A stretch of 64,000 nt of DNA from Priapulus caudatus (lineage: Eukaryota), in contig NW_014577062.1 in NCBI RefSeq assembly GCF_000485595.1, positions 1,565,293 to 1,629,292 of the forward strand. The letters run 5' to 3'. Both the position numbers and the translations under genes were made by a program. Positions 33,189 to 49,345 of the stretch are shown one piece after another; the stretch's first letter is position 1, and each line of letters starts with the position of its first letter. The notes under the pieces were generated by a model. It did not search any database, was not told where the DNA came from, and saw only the letters and a program-made list of their open reading frames with translations.

Positions 33189-35325
33189 ATGGGTACCAAC
33201 CTGATGAGCATATTGAGAGGCATGCAGCGATTAACGCTGCACAGATCTCCATTATGTGCAGCACACACAACAGTATTGCCGACTACATTTGCAAGAGAGT
33301 CTACCACAGGAAACTCCACCAGAGTCTACCAGAGCAGTAAACAGCAGAAGACTTCAGAAGAAGATCCATTTGGCCAAGGAGCACATCCACGCAAGCCGTA
33401 CATCCGTCGCTATGGTTACGAGTACACAATTTACCGTGGAGGTAAAATAAAGTGCCAATTCCTACCTTGCATATCAGTAGAATTACAAGTTTGTAACTAT
33501 AAGTATAAGACTGATCTTCAATGTAATTATTTTTTAAATGTCTAAGCACTTATTTCTAGACATTATAGACTAGGAGTCAGAATTATTAGAACATATTACT
33601 GTAAAATAGTGATCAGTGGCGTAGTTATGGGGGGGGGGCCAAAGCATGGCCCCCTGTTGATCCGAAAGTAAAAATAAAAAATAAACAAATAATAATTGTT
33701 CTACTAAAAAGAGAATTGTCGTAGTCAGAATGAAGGTTGTACATGTACTCAAAAGTGCCTCAAATACCATCTCCTGCGATCTAAATTTTAAAAATTTTCT
33801 GGGGGGAGGACCCCCGTACCCTCCACCTGTTTTTCAACCCCTCCTTTTATATATCTTGGTAGCAGAGATCAACAAACAAAAATGACGCCTCAATCCATGG
33901 AGCCCAAAACAAAGATTGCAGAGCCGTGAGATGGGGGAGCGTAGGGTGTGGAGAGGCAGGCGGAGGAACCATTAAAATTTTAAGTCATTCACTATTTTTC
34001 GCAGTTCGCTGTTTTTGGCTCCCCCCCCTGTTAAAAATCCTGGCTACGCCACTGGCAGTGATCATTTGTTGGGTTAACAGCTCCTTGATTGTTTTTTGGG
34101 GAGAGGTGAGGTTGTCCAAAAGAGTTTTAAAAAATTCACCTTTCTGAGCTAGACACAATATAAATAATTTTAGCTGCATTCACCCACAAGTCTTTCGTTT
34201 GATGCCAGTATTTGTGTATACGGTGACAATTCAACCTAAACCTTTTTATACGCCGCTGTAAATAAATAGATGCTATTTTAAAACGTCACAGCACACCCTA
34301 AAAATATTATGAAAATGGAAACATCAGTTTTATGATAATTATACCTCTGCAGATTGAATTTAGAAGGGTTGCAAGAAATTAGCATGCTCTACCCACAAAA
34401 TCGAATGGGCTCCTCTGTAAATACAACTCGAGCTGAACAATGCTCGTCGCCCACCTCTATGCAAATGTTATAAATGTAGCAGTACTAGCACACAAAACAT
34501 AAAACCTATTTCATCAAGTGGGATAGACATGGTCCTTTAAGATAGAAAACTATGTGAAGTTTTTTTTCTGAATAATGACCAAAACGACAAGGAAAATGCT
34601 TTTGCTTAGGAAATTATGCAAATATTTGGGTATTTGGGAGGTAATTAATCCTGTGGTGATGTCATTACAAGAAATATGACAACAGACAAGCAACATGACA
34701 AGCAGTTCATGCTCCTTCCGAAAATATGAAATATGTAGAGGGCAGGTCAACGGCTATGCAGGAAGCTAGTATTCTCGGAATAGGGAGTGTATATATTATT
34801 TGGATTTAGGTCCACTGCCACGATTAGAAGATGGACTTCCTTTACCTATTCCGACGTACGAGCCAAAAAATTCATGGAATACCAAAAGAGCATTGTTTGG
34901 ACAGAATGATTATATTGGTATTTATCATAGAAAATGTTTATAACTGCAATATATTTCAATGTGGCTTTCATTTCGATGCATATCCAGTGCGTAGACATCA
35001 AGAAATTACATTTTTTTTACTGTATGTTTAACTTGTGTCCAGATACTCGTTTTTGTATATAGTACTGCGTGATGTTAATTTAATCTGTGACCTTTCATTT
35101 CTAGATATTTTAGGAGAAGGTTCTTTAAAGCCTAGGGATCTCATCATAAAAGGACCACTATGGGTCAGAGGTGTACCTAAGCACTGGAATGAGTATCAGC
35201 GATTAATAAGAAAACGAAAATTCCTCAATTCGTTTATAAAGAAGTTTACTCCAACACAATTCAAGGGCATGAACAAGCAGATAAAGTATCTGTATAAACG
35301 CCTGAACCGCAAGTTGAACCCGTAG
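33189..35325 (+). CDS. MRPL51: 39S mitochondrial ribosomal protein L51
   Basis: Exons 33189-33441, 34810-34917, 35105-35325 join in frame. Presequence-like N-terminus, then [18 protein letters not shown]...[14 protein letters not shown]...[11 protein letters not shown]...[15 protein letters not shown], matching mL51 (human WNEKRAMFGVYDNIGILG...GPIWLRG..NELQRCIRKRK...YLYKHFNR). Confidence 0.92.
33614..34054. mobile_element. hAT-like MITE in an MRPL51 intron
   Basis: CAGTGGCGTAG / CTACGCCACTG TIRs with imperfect 8-bp TSD (ATAGTGAT / GCAGTGAT). Confidence 0.72.
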
Positions 35326-36258
35326 CATAGCGCAGAGCTGTTGTTGCTCACGTGTCACCATAGTTGAGCTGCCGTATGACTGTCTATCGCGTCATAGAGA
35401 AAAAAAAACTGGAAAAAACTGTAGGGTTTCTTAAAGAGTTTACATGGAGTGACCCGTCAAGCTCGGTGCAAGAGATGTCTCATGCTCACTTATATATTTA
35501 GCAAGCAATATTTGCAATTTGCAACAATTAATTAGGTTATAAGTTGCAACAGTAAGTGACCGCTGGCATAGTACAGCTGTCTGTACTGTGACGTAGGAGC
35601 AAGATGTATTCGTTAATCGTAATGTCTTTGTTCTTCACCTATACATAACTGTGTACGTGTGGTGAATAGTTGTTGCCAAATAAATATAAACTATCGTATA
35701 TCGTGTTATTTCGTTTCAGCCTCAATGACTTAATTAGTAACTGTTGTGTTATAAGTAACATTGGGTGAATTCTTGACTCATAACTTGACGTAATCGAGCA
35801 TATACAGAAATCGATCTAAGCAAACATGTTACGCTGTAGTAAGAATGACCCGGGTAATGTTTACGTAAAGACAATCCGGACAATTGCCAATTTTTAATGT
35901 AAATACATTTTGAAGTATATAATGTGCGATGATATTGATAATAATGATGTTTTTTTCAATAATATTCGCATTTTGAATGCCAAAAAATCTCATTCAAGTT
36001 ACTTTAGCACGTTTATCTGAGTACGTACCAGTATGCGTTTTTATACAGCATATGAGAGATGTAGCTGTCACGTCACAGTGAGAGAAATGTAATTTACTTG
36101 TAGGTTTGACGAGTAGCATTTATTGACATACTCCTGCCCGGCATTATTTGCCATGTTGTTTTTTTTAACCCGATGAATAAACTGGAAACCATTGATGTTT
36201 ACTTTACGTGACATCCTAGGCTACACCAAAAATAGGGTCAAACCATTATAAATTTTAA

Positions 36259-36471
36259 GGCCTATTTACACGATGCGTCCTAGACGTACGTCCTAGAAGT
36301 ACGTCTAGGACGTACGTCCATAACGCACCGTGTTTGACAATGCAAATGTATGACCCTTGCGATATCGGATGCACAGGACGGATGTTCTAATTTCTTTCGA
36401 CATTGCGTTTGCATTGTCATACACGGTGTACGTCCTAGACGTACGTCTAAGACGCATCGTATAAATAGGCC
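36259..36471. mobile_element. Palindromic MITE (Harbinger-like termini)
   Basis: TTAA|GGCCTATTTACACGATGCGTC ... GACGCATCGTATAAATAGGCC|TTAA. Confidence 0.7.
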
Positions 36472-36924
36472 TTAACCTGGGTGTATCGCGTGTGTGCTAG
36501 TTCCTTGATTGCGAGCACGCGTGCATACGCATAAGCACGCTGACGCTCACCAACCACGCACCACGCAGCACAAGAATTAAAAGCAGCAAATTGCTATAAT
36601 TATAAAATACATACATCTGGATTTATTCACGGTAAATTGTGCTAAACGTGTGAATTCGTTGTAAACTGCTATTCTACGTTCACGCACATGCAGGCCCACG
36701 GAGATTGCGCCCGAATACGTACTCGTCTTAAATCAGCGATTGTAGTAGTAAACCTAAACACAGGCGATCGAATAAGTAAATAGAGGGCGAGGGTGAAAAA
36801 CAAAGCGAGCTATTTTCAGCTCGTTTTCTAGGAAATGACCAAAATATATGAGTGAAGCCCTATATATACGGCGCAACAGAATGATAGAGAAAAAGAGAAG
36901 AGAGGCCCCGGAGTAAAGGATATA

Positions 36925-37060
36925 TATGTGTGTGTGCGAGCGTGTGTACGTGCGTTGTGTGCGTGCGTGCGTACGTGTGTGCGGGCGGGCGTGTGCGTGC
37001 GTGCGGGCGTGCGTGTGCGTGCGTGCGTGCGCGCGCGCGTGTGAGAGAGAGAGAGAGACC

Positions 37061-37123
<63 letters not shown>
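36925..37123. repeat. (GT/GTGC)n + (GA)n microsatellite
   Basis: Direct inspection. Confidence 0.9.
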
Positions 37124-37128
<5 letters not shown>

Positions 37129-39837
37129 TGGCGTTGGTGGCATATGTGTGTAGATTGAGACTAAAAGTATGGAAACGCGCTTGTGGCCCTATATAGGAGT
37201 GCCCATTTCTCACTTAGCCGCTCGGTGAAATTCTTCTTGTTTCCACAGCTTGAGTGCGTAATGTTTGCCTATGGGTACAGATATAGTTTTTACTGTGGCG
37301 GACAGATGGTACATATGCATGCAAGCCTAGAATCTATTCCTAACCAATCCATTCTCAATATGCACGCACTATTAACACTTAGCAGCGATTACTATAGAGA
37401 TCCAAACTGCCAATGGATTAAGGAAACCTCAGGGAGATTCCCTACGAACGCGTGTGTTTCATTTATGTAACGCTTTCTCGGTCCAACCAACCCTCAATCT
37501 GGGCATGATCCGTTTAATTCGCGTCGAAGGAAACGCGTCCCACCTTCGAGATCACTCCCGACCATGTTGATTTAAAAGAGCCATATCAGATATCACAACA
37601 AGAAACCGAACTAAGGAAGGAACCCGTGACGACGCGTGTGCGTCAGCTCAGCTATAGTTAGCAGTTAGGCGGCTCGTCCATGATACTCAGCTAGTCGATA
37701 AAACATGGCAGTCATTTGTAGGGATTGCCTTCGCCTATTGTTAGCAGCAGCCCAACACCACCAATGGCTTCTGTTCAGCCATATAATTGCTATAGTATAA
37801 TGGCATGTTAAGTAAATACCTACTGAAAAGTGGTCAGCGTCTCGAATTTAACAATTTATCTTATAGTGATTTTGTCTTGATTCACAATCGCACGGGGCAA
37901 ATTAATATTCATCTTCTTCTTTTCTATTAGATATGATATATATATATAATTATATTACTTCTCTCTTCTCTATATAGTATATATAATATATTCTTCTTCT
38001 CTCTCTTTCGCCTTTATCCCTCTTTCTTTCTTCCTACTCACTTTTCCTATTTTTTCTTTTCTTTTCTACTCTTTTACCTAATGCAGCTCGCTCCTGATCC
38101 TGCTTGTTGTCTCGCAGTTTCCTCAGCTTTTGTGCTTCCGTCTCCCTCTCTCCCCTCCCTCACTGCTCCTCTCCTCTCTCTCTCTCTCTCGGCTCTCTCT
38201 CTCTCGTCTCTCTCTCTCTCTGTCCGTTTTTCCTTATCCGCAACTCCTCTTCGCTCTCAACTTCTCACTCCCTTCTCACACTCTATCGCTCATTTTTCTC
38301 TTGTTTATCGCTCCATTTTTCTCTCTATTTAGGTCTTCTTCTTCATTCTATCTTCCTTTTTCTTGCTTCTTTATCTTCTTCTTCTTCTGCTTTTCTTTCT
38401 TCCTTATTCTTAATTTCTTATTTCAGCTCTCGACGATCTCACGAGGCAGACCGCATGAGTGAAAAATACGCACGGCACACTGTACACACAGCACGTTCCG
38501 CGCAATATAACAATATAGCGGCAGCGCTGCCTGATTATCACGCTTTGTTATGCATATACGGAGAACTGAGAAATTGTTCACGGTGCAATGGCGCGTATTT
38601 CGGGATCGAGCGAGGCACGGCACCGGCGACGGGCCCATGCCGAAATAGACGCATTCGACATGGAGAGCATTGCGTTGTCAATCGGGCCAGATCGCGAACT
38701 CGGAGGCGGCCTTGTCCTTTCCCTATTATGGCCAGCCGACGAGTGCGCGCAGTGCCCGCGGCGCTATGAGCTGACTCATAAACGCGGCACCGACCAGCGA
38801 CAGCGCGCGTGTTCAGTGGAGTCCGATCGCGTCCCCCTAATCCAGCTCTCTGGTAGTGCGATGGCTTTGTTCGCTAACCGGTATGTGTGTTTATTTGTGA
38901 TAGTGGTTTTGACGCAGGCGCAACCGAAAACCGGTCCCGCGTTAATGGGCCACGGGTTTACGCGGGCACTCCGCTTAAATGATTTCAGTTATGGCAGTAT
39001 TGTATATATTGAACATTCCTGATATTTCAGAAGAAGCGCTGCTAGTGATTTTGTGGATAATTGTTAGGAATCTTCAGGGCATGAAGGATGAACAGAAAGA
39101 TCCGTGTGCTGGCGCTAATCTAAGGTCCTCAAAGCGCGTCACCTCAATTATTTATCGGGTTCCGTTAAGTAGTTTTTGTGCCCTGAATGTGCGTTTACTA
39201 AGACACATAATGCGGTATATAGGTTTTAGCTGTCACCGTTTTCGTCTAGTATCGGCCTGGGTGAGCTTCACTGACTAATTCCTTGGTGGCAGAAACAGTA
39301 TGATACTGTATACCTCCGGAGCGTTTATTAAGCCTACACATTTGGTGCGCGTAGCGTTGAGGCTGAAACTATCAACAGCGGGTCGACAACACTATACTGT
39401 GAAAATTCATTCATATTAAAAATTGGTTCCTTATAGATGCGCTAGGCGAACGATTCATCGTGCCTATAAGAGCCTTGGCGTGCTTGCAGACCTGATTGGC
39501 TCGAACGCTCCTACTATAGCACAAACATTGCTCTTTATTTATAGCGTGCAGTATGAACACCACAGCCTTCGCCGATGGTTCGCCGCCTGAAATGTTTGTT
39601 TTGTAAATTAGCAGGCACGAAAATAATAAAGTCGGAGCTCTAGGACACCTATTACACGATCACCACAGCCGCTTGGCCGAACGTGTTGCTGCTGAACAGA
39701 GCGGACTCCGATTCTATTTTTATAATCGTATGTAGCCGCCTTCGCTCGCGCCTCATAGAGGTAACACAGCGCCGACATGGTCGGCGATGAATAAATGTCG
39801 TTCGTCTATTGCAGTACATCATACCCTAACAGCAGAA

Positions 39838-40507
39838 CAGTGTGGAGCGACGACGATGTTAACGCCACTTGTGTGTGGACATGGCTCCGGAATGTGCAGA
39901 GGCGGTTTCGCCGGTGATACGCTCGCTCCGTGCCGTCTTCCCTTCCACCTCATTGGAGACCACGTCCACCAGGTACGAACCGCGGTCTTTCATCTATTTA
40001 GCTGTCATCTCATAATGTGCGCCATTTTAGCAGGGAAACAATGAGGCATCGGTGTGTAAAGATACCGTGTATTGCGATTTTAAACTAAGACTTAACGGGG
40101 ACTGAATTTCGTAAGATTAAATTATTCGAGAATTCAGAATTTTATCAAATAACGTTAAATAAGACTATAATAAAAAGTTTTTTCACGTAATCAGTCGCAT
40201 TTTCATACCGCCGGGCCGTTTTAGTACTAAATGCGTTTTTCTTATTCGCGAATAGGGTGTCATGGTTGGTATGGGGTCAGAAGACAGCTATTGTAGGAGA
40301 TGAGGCGCCAACAGCAAAGAGAGGTATCCTCTGTCTCTGAAGTAACCCCATCGACCAGCGGAATCGTCACCAACCTGGGACCGACAATGGGAGAAGATCT
40401 GGCATCATACTTCTAACATGAACTGCGTGTTGCCCCAGAAGAGCACCCAGTCCTAGTTAACTGAGGCCCATTGAACCCCAAAGGCCAACAGAGAAAAGAT
40501 GACACAG
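39838..40507 (+). pseudogene. Frameshifted copy of actin exons 1-2 (pseudogene or, more likely, erroneous duplicate)
   Basis: Follows 45368-46006, intron included, with dense 1-bp indels. The duplicated block ends at the exon-3 acceptor TTGCAG (40754), immediately before a 25-N gap. Confidence 0.6.
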
Positions 40508-40779
40508 GTGGGTAATGTGGAAATAATTGATAATAATGATTAAATATAGTAATATAATCGAATAATGATTGGTAAACTCGTAAATTTCATATTGCGATCA
40601 TTTCACAGTCCACTGGCAGAGAGGGTGGTATTAACAGTGTTACTATCGTTTGCCATTATTCACACAGCGAAAAACGGTTGAACGGCGTAGCAATATTACT
40701 TGTGTCGTTAACCTAGTAAATATTTATAATGAACTCAATTCATTTCGTTTGCAGNNNNNNNNNNNNNNNNNNNNNNNNN

Positions 40780-40857
<78 letters not shown>

Positions 40858-41436
40858 TGTGTGTCTCATCGGGTGCGCGAGAGCGTGTGCGTGTGCATGT
40901 TCGCGTTGTCACAATATTATGTGGAACGTAGCCGCGTGTCTTCAAACCACAATATGTGGGCGAATTGCGCGTGAAACACACGTCAGTTTAGAAACCGTGA
41001 TTGATTGTTTATACGTGTAGCGGTTACACTGAAACACGCAGTTTGTAACTTACGTATATAAGTATACGCACTGTATGAATATATATATATATATATATAT
41101 ATTATACTGTGTTCGGTACCACGCATGTGTACGTACACGTACACGCCTCAGACGATAGCAGTGACAACGGAAAACCGGGCGATGGGTCCCATAAATGTCA
41201 CTATAACTCACGTACGGTAGCAAAAAATCAAACAGCAGAATCATCAACGTGTAACTAAGCGTTGTTGAGCGACTGTACCATCATATTATAGATGCTAGAC
41301 CACGCCAGTAGCACTGTATACTTGAATTACGGGAAAGTTTCATGTGGCTGGGTCGAGCGATGCTATATGATAGACCTGCTATAGAGGTGTTTTTGAGCTA
41401 GCATCATTATTATTGATGTAAATAATGGTAGTATTC

Positions 41437-41478
<42 letters not shown>

Positions 41479-43539
41479 GTGCGTGCTCGCGCAGGGGAAA
41501 TACGGTTCGTGGGCAGCAAAGTTAGCAGTGATTGGCGTAATCAAGAGGCTATGTGGCGCACGGCCGAGCAGCCAGTAGTATGTTACGGATGAGAGGAGCG
41601 ACTCGCGACATCTGTGACGAGCTTTGATAGGCGCCCAGCAACAAACGCGCCGCCGACTCTCCGCCAAATTGCTCGCCGGGAAGTTCAGACACTATAGCGT
41701 AAGCGATACACGCGCGGCGGCATCCAGCGATCTTCGCTAGTTCTCTCTCACTCTCTGTGCGGCTGCTGCTTCGACGGCGCGTCTCACCCATACGAGCAAC
41801 CAGCGACCTCAGACTTCGCAGTGAAGAAGTTACAGCGGCGTGTACAACAAGTGCTTCTAGACGATATATGCGCACGGACCGCGTGCTGCCTCAGCGATAG
41901 CGTGAGAACGTCGGCAATATCTAGGCGACGGCAGCAGCGGCGGCGCGGTGGATTTACCGTCGTCGACTATACTGATGTAGACGACCGACTCCTGCGCAGC
42001 GCGTGAAAATCTCTTACGTGTGTATCTTCACTAAACACGCATCTGTGAGCGACATCGACGGGCGGAGAGAAGTAACTCCTGTGAGATTTACCGAACGAAC
42101 GAATTTTATACGTATATATATATTTATTCGTTTATTTATAAAAATAAATTAATAAATATATAAACATAAAAAATATATATAATGGGTGTGGTTGCACACA
42201 TAACTACATAAATATAGAAATAGCTAAATACGAAGGATAGCTATCTATAGCTGGATAAGACACAAAGGAATAGAAAGCAACATTGTTGTTTACCGTCAAC
42301 AACTATAGTCCATAGAATGCGTGAAAAATCAAAATGAAACCTCGTGGGCTTTATTGGATATATACTTGTCTTCTGATGGTCGCCATCATAAGACAGACGA
42401 CATCGTTCAGATGGTTGTAAGTATACATTATAATCATATTTCGTTGTTATGATAATCATATTGTCAATATTATTATGCAATATTTATACATATATGTGTG
42501 TGCGTGCGTGCGTGTGCGTGTGCGTGTGCGTGTGCGTGTGCGTATGCGCGTGCGCGTGCGTGTGTGCGTGTACGTGTGCGTGTGCGTGTGCGTGTGGGTG
42601 TGCGTGTGCGTGTGCGTAAAGAGAGAAGAAAGAGGGAGAGAGGAGGAGAGAGAGAAAGAGATGAGAGGAGAGAGGATCATTCTGTAAATGCAATGATGAC
42701 GATTTTGTAGTGTATGTCATATATTTCTCTCAGCACACTACAACCATTGAATGTGGTGGTCTTGCTTGTACTATAGTGCCATTTCCCCCCAAATGTGTAT
42801 TAGCTATCACGTAAAATATTCTACAATTATTAGCAATAGAAAGGGTTTATATTATCGGCTGGTTAACGTCAACTGCGTGGAAAATATACCACTTTGTTAT
42901 CTTTTTATAACCGAACAGATTTTTCTTGATCTGCGCTCATAATTTCATTTCATCTCTTGCGATTTTTCGAACCTGGATGTATTTGAAACTAGAACGTTTA
43001 TTCTGATGACTAGAGTCGCTATCGTCGCAAAGCTTTCACACATACGGAACGCTGTCTCTTATGGCTGCATGGCCTTTCGTGGTATCCAAGTTACTGTGCG
43101 GGACTACCTAGCATGCCATTGTAAATACGAGTACCGAATGATCGATGATTTGTGTTAATTAATCGCTGTCATAGGTACCGTCACAATAAATTAAATTTCC
43201 ATCAGTGCGCAATTATGAATTCGGACATGGCGGCGCCAAAGCGTATACACAATCACCGACTGTACGACATTCACGATACGTCGCCGTTCTGCCGAATAAT
43301 TTTTTTAAATTCAATCGTTATACCCGTTCAAAATGTCTATCTTAATAAACACATATGAAGGTTCTGCATATCTTTCTTTATATAGGTATTTATAGCGCTA
43401 TATGTAATGGTCATTTAGTTTTATCTATTTTATTCTTTCACCCCATAACCTTTTCTTTCTGCCCCTTCCTCTCCTTCCCCGTCTTTCTCAGTCACCATGT
43501 TCCTTCTTTTTTCGTCCCGTTTCTCGCTCGTGTTTTGTC

Positions 43540-43600
<61 letters not shown>

Positions 43601-43759
43601 CTTTCTCTCTCTTTCCCTTTATCCCCCTCTTTCTTTCTTCTTACTCACTTTTCCTTTTTTTCTTTTTTCTTTACTCTTTTACCTAATCGCTCGCTCTCTG
43701 ATCCTGCTTGTTGTCTCGCGTTTCCTCACTTTCTTGCTCCGTCTCCCTCTCTCCCTCCC

Positions 43760-43830
<71 letters not shown>

Positions 43831-44305
43831 TTTTCCTTATCCGCGAACTCCTTCGCTCTCACTTTCTCACTCCCCTTCTCACACTCTATCGCTCAATTTT
43901 TTCTCTCTGTTTCGCTCCATTTTTCTCTTATTCAGTCTTCTTCTTCTTCTTCTTTTTCTTCTTCTTTATCTTCTTCTTCTTCTTTTTCTTCTTCTTATTC
44001 TTATTCTTATTCAGTCTCGACGATCTCACGAGCAGACGCGCATGTGAAAACAATACGCACGCACATGTACACACAGGCACGTTCCGCGCAAATAAACATA
44101 TAGCGCAGCGGCTGCTGATTATCACGCTTTGTTATGGATATAGGAGAAACTGGAGAAATTGTTTCACGGTGCAATGGCGCGTATTTCGGGATCGAGTGAG
44201 GCAGGCAGCCGCGACGGGCCATGGCCGAAATAGACGCATTCGACTATGGAGAGCATTGCGTTTCAATCGGGCCAGATCGCGAACTCGGAGGCGGCTTGTC
44301 CCTTT

Positions 44306-44389
44306 CCTATTATGGCCAGCCGACGGTGCGCGCAGTGCCCAGCGCATGAGCTATATAAACGCCGACCAGCGAACAGCGCGCGTGTCAGT
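44306..44389 (+). promoter_or_regulatory. Actin core promoter: CArG box, TATA box, Inr
   Basis: CCTATTATGG at 44306-44315, TATATAAA at 44352-44359, TCAGT at 44385-44389; candidate leader-exon donors at 44424 and 44450 and an acceptor TTGCAG shortly before ATG 45368. Confidence 0.7.
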
Positions 44390-45358
44390 GAGTCGATCGC
44401 TCCCCATACATCCAGCTCTTCTGGTGAGTCGGTGGTTTGTTCGCTAACCGTATGTGTGTTATGTTGTGTGATGTGGTTTGACGCAAGGCTGCAACCAACG
44501 TGCGTTAATGGCCACGTGTTACGCGGGCACTCGCTTAAATGATTTCAGTTATGGCAGTATTGTATATTTGAACATTCTGATTATTTCAGAAGAGCGGCTG
44601 CTAGTAGATTTTGTGGATAATTGTTAGGAATCTCAGGGCATGAGGATAGAACAGAAAGATTCCGTGTCTGCGCTAATCTAAGGTCTACAAAGCCGTCACC
44701 TAATTATTTATGGGTTCCGTTCAGTGTTTTGTGCCGATGAAGTTGTGCGTTTACAAGACACATATGCGTGTATATAGGTTTAGACTGTCACGTTTCGTCT
44801 AGTACGCGGTGAGCTTCACTGACTAATTCCTTGGGTGCAGGAAAAGTAATGATGATGTATATCCGGAGCGTTTATTAGCAACACATTTGTGCGCGTAGCG
44901 TGAGGCTGAAACTATGAAAGCGGGTCGACAAACTTACTGGAAAATTCATTCATATGTAAGAAATTGTTCCGTTAGTAGATGGCGTAGCGAACAATTCATC
45001 GTTGCCTTATAAGGCATTGGAGTGCTTGCAGACTGATTGGCTCGAACGCCTACTATAGCACAACATTGCTTTATTTATAGCGTGCGTATGAAACACGCAC
45101 AGCCTTGCCGAATGGTTCGCGCCTGAATGTTTGTTTGTAGAATTTAGCAGGGCAGAAAATAATAAAGTCCAGTCTAGGAACCTATTAACGATCACCACAG
45201 CCGTTGGCCGACGTGTTGCTGCTGAAACAAGACGGACCCGATTCTATTTATATATCGTAATGTAGCCGCCTTGCTCCGCCTATAGAGGTAACACAGCGCC
45301 GACATGGGTCGGCGATGAATAAATGTTTCGTTCGTCTATTGCAGTACATCATACCTAA

Positions 45359-47597
<2,239 letters not shown>

Positions 47598-49230
47598 GAC
47601 GTTTAACGGTCACCATCATCATGCGTCGTCTTCTTTGCCGTTACGTTGTCTTTCCACAGCAAGCGAGCCTTCACTGTTGCCTGGCGGAACCGCAGTTGCC
47701 ATCGGTATTTTACAACCAGAGTGACGGGCCGTTCCATGAGGCCCTCCCATCCCGATCTTCGCTACTGTGCCTGTTGCTCCTGCGTCGCGCTCGATGACCG
47801 TGGGCTATCACTTTACCGTGCAGAATTGGCCGACCGGGGTTGTCGGTGTGAATACCGGGCCTGTTCAGAGGACCAGCATGTTTCATTATACAGATCAGCA
47901 ATTTACGGCAGGCCTTCCGCATTTCGACCGTAGCATTTATTAGAATTCTTTAGCAATTGCGTCAGTTGTATTTTTTGAAATTTTAGTTTTAGTTGGCATT
48001 TTCATCGCCATTAAATATCGGTCCGGTCGGTTGTAAACGTTTTGAACGGTTTTAGTTGACGTCATGAAAATATAAATATTAATTTGACTGTATTTGATTC
48101 CTCAATTGTTGTTGTATTGTGATTCTTTTGCTATTCACATTTCTAATTTATTTATAAAAACGCTACACGCGGTGTACAATAAATATAGCCCTGTCACAAC
48201 ATCTAGCTTTCGAGTAAGTTTAACTCGGCCTGTTAGCGAATATCTTTTCTAGACGAAGCGTGTTACAGAAAGTAAGGTAACGTATTTTTCCAGATTCAAT
48301 CCTCCACGAGAAACAAGAAGAGCAAAAACAAGTAATTGCTGACACAACGCGCGAAATGTAATTAAATGTATACGATAACGCCATATATAATAGCACGTAA
48401 TTATATATAAGAGCCTCACTTTCGTTTGAGATGCCACAATCAATTGTACAACGCTTATCAGCAACAGACGCGGCGCCAAAAACGACTAACTATATATTTC
48501 GCAAATATCTCGCTAGGTGGAGCCGCCAAACAACTCCGGTGGTTAGCAAGTTACTTCTCGCCGCGTTCGATCTTCCGAATACGGCCTTACCGCTGCTCAG
48601 TTGTGCCGACGTCTGATTTGTCGTAACGCTGCGAAGCGCCACCGCTAAATATGGTGCGAGAAACGGCACCGCATCGGATGGCTGTTTTCAGTGCACGTAC
48701 GTCTTGCTAGAACGAGGCGTTCGCTGGTGTGGAGGCAGGCGATAATGGAAGTCGAACCTTCCAGCTCATGTTACATATCTCATATTACTTTTCTTACTTA
48801 CGTTGTGTGCTCTCAGAGCCCATAATTATTACAGTGAGCTCCTTGCACTGGCAGTATAAAAATCATCAATGCGTTTAACTTAATTAACGCCCAAACTGAG
48901 ATAAGTAGCCGCTCTTGTGCGTACACAGTAAAAATTAATATACTGTAGGCCTAATATGGTAAAAGGACCATGGAATTTTGTACTCTAAAAGATACGTAAA
49001 AACACAAGCACAAACAATAGCTTGATGTATGACAGGTAAAAAATGCCTTTATGGAATAATTGCTAGTAGTAGTGTATGTGATATTACCTCCTTCATTCTG
49101 CTACATGAACTCGCAAACAAAAACAAACTAACTAACACACACACACACATATGTATATAATATATACATAATATGAATCATATTATGAAGATTCCTGCCC
49201 GTGGCTGCACGCAAGGTAAACGCCTTATAT

Positions 49231-49231
<1 letters not shown>

Positions 49232-49312
<81 letters not shown>

Positions 49313-49345
49313 GCGCGCGCGCACACACACACACACTCACTCACA
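49232..49345. repeat. (CA)n microsatellite
   Basis: Direct inspection. Confidence 0.9.

Noticed and set aside
38081..44447. Long Phe/Leu/Ser-rich ORFs (221, 230, 316 aa)
   Set aside because: Translations of CT/CTT microsatellites and the actin upstream region.
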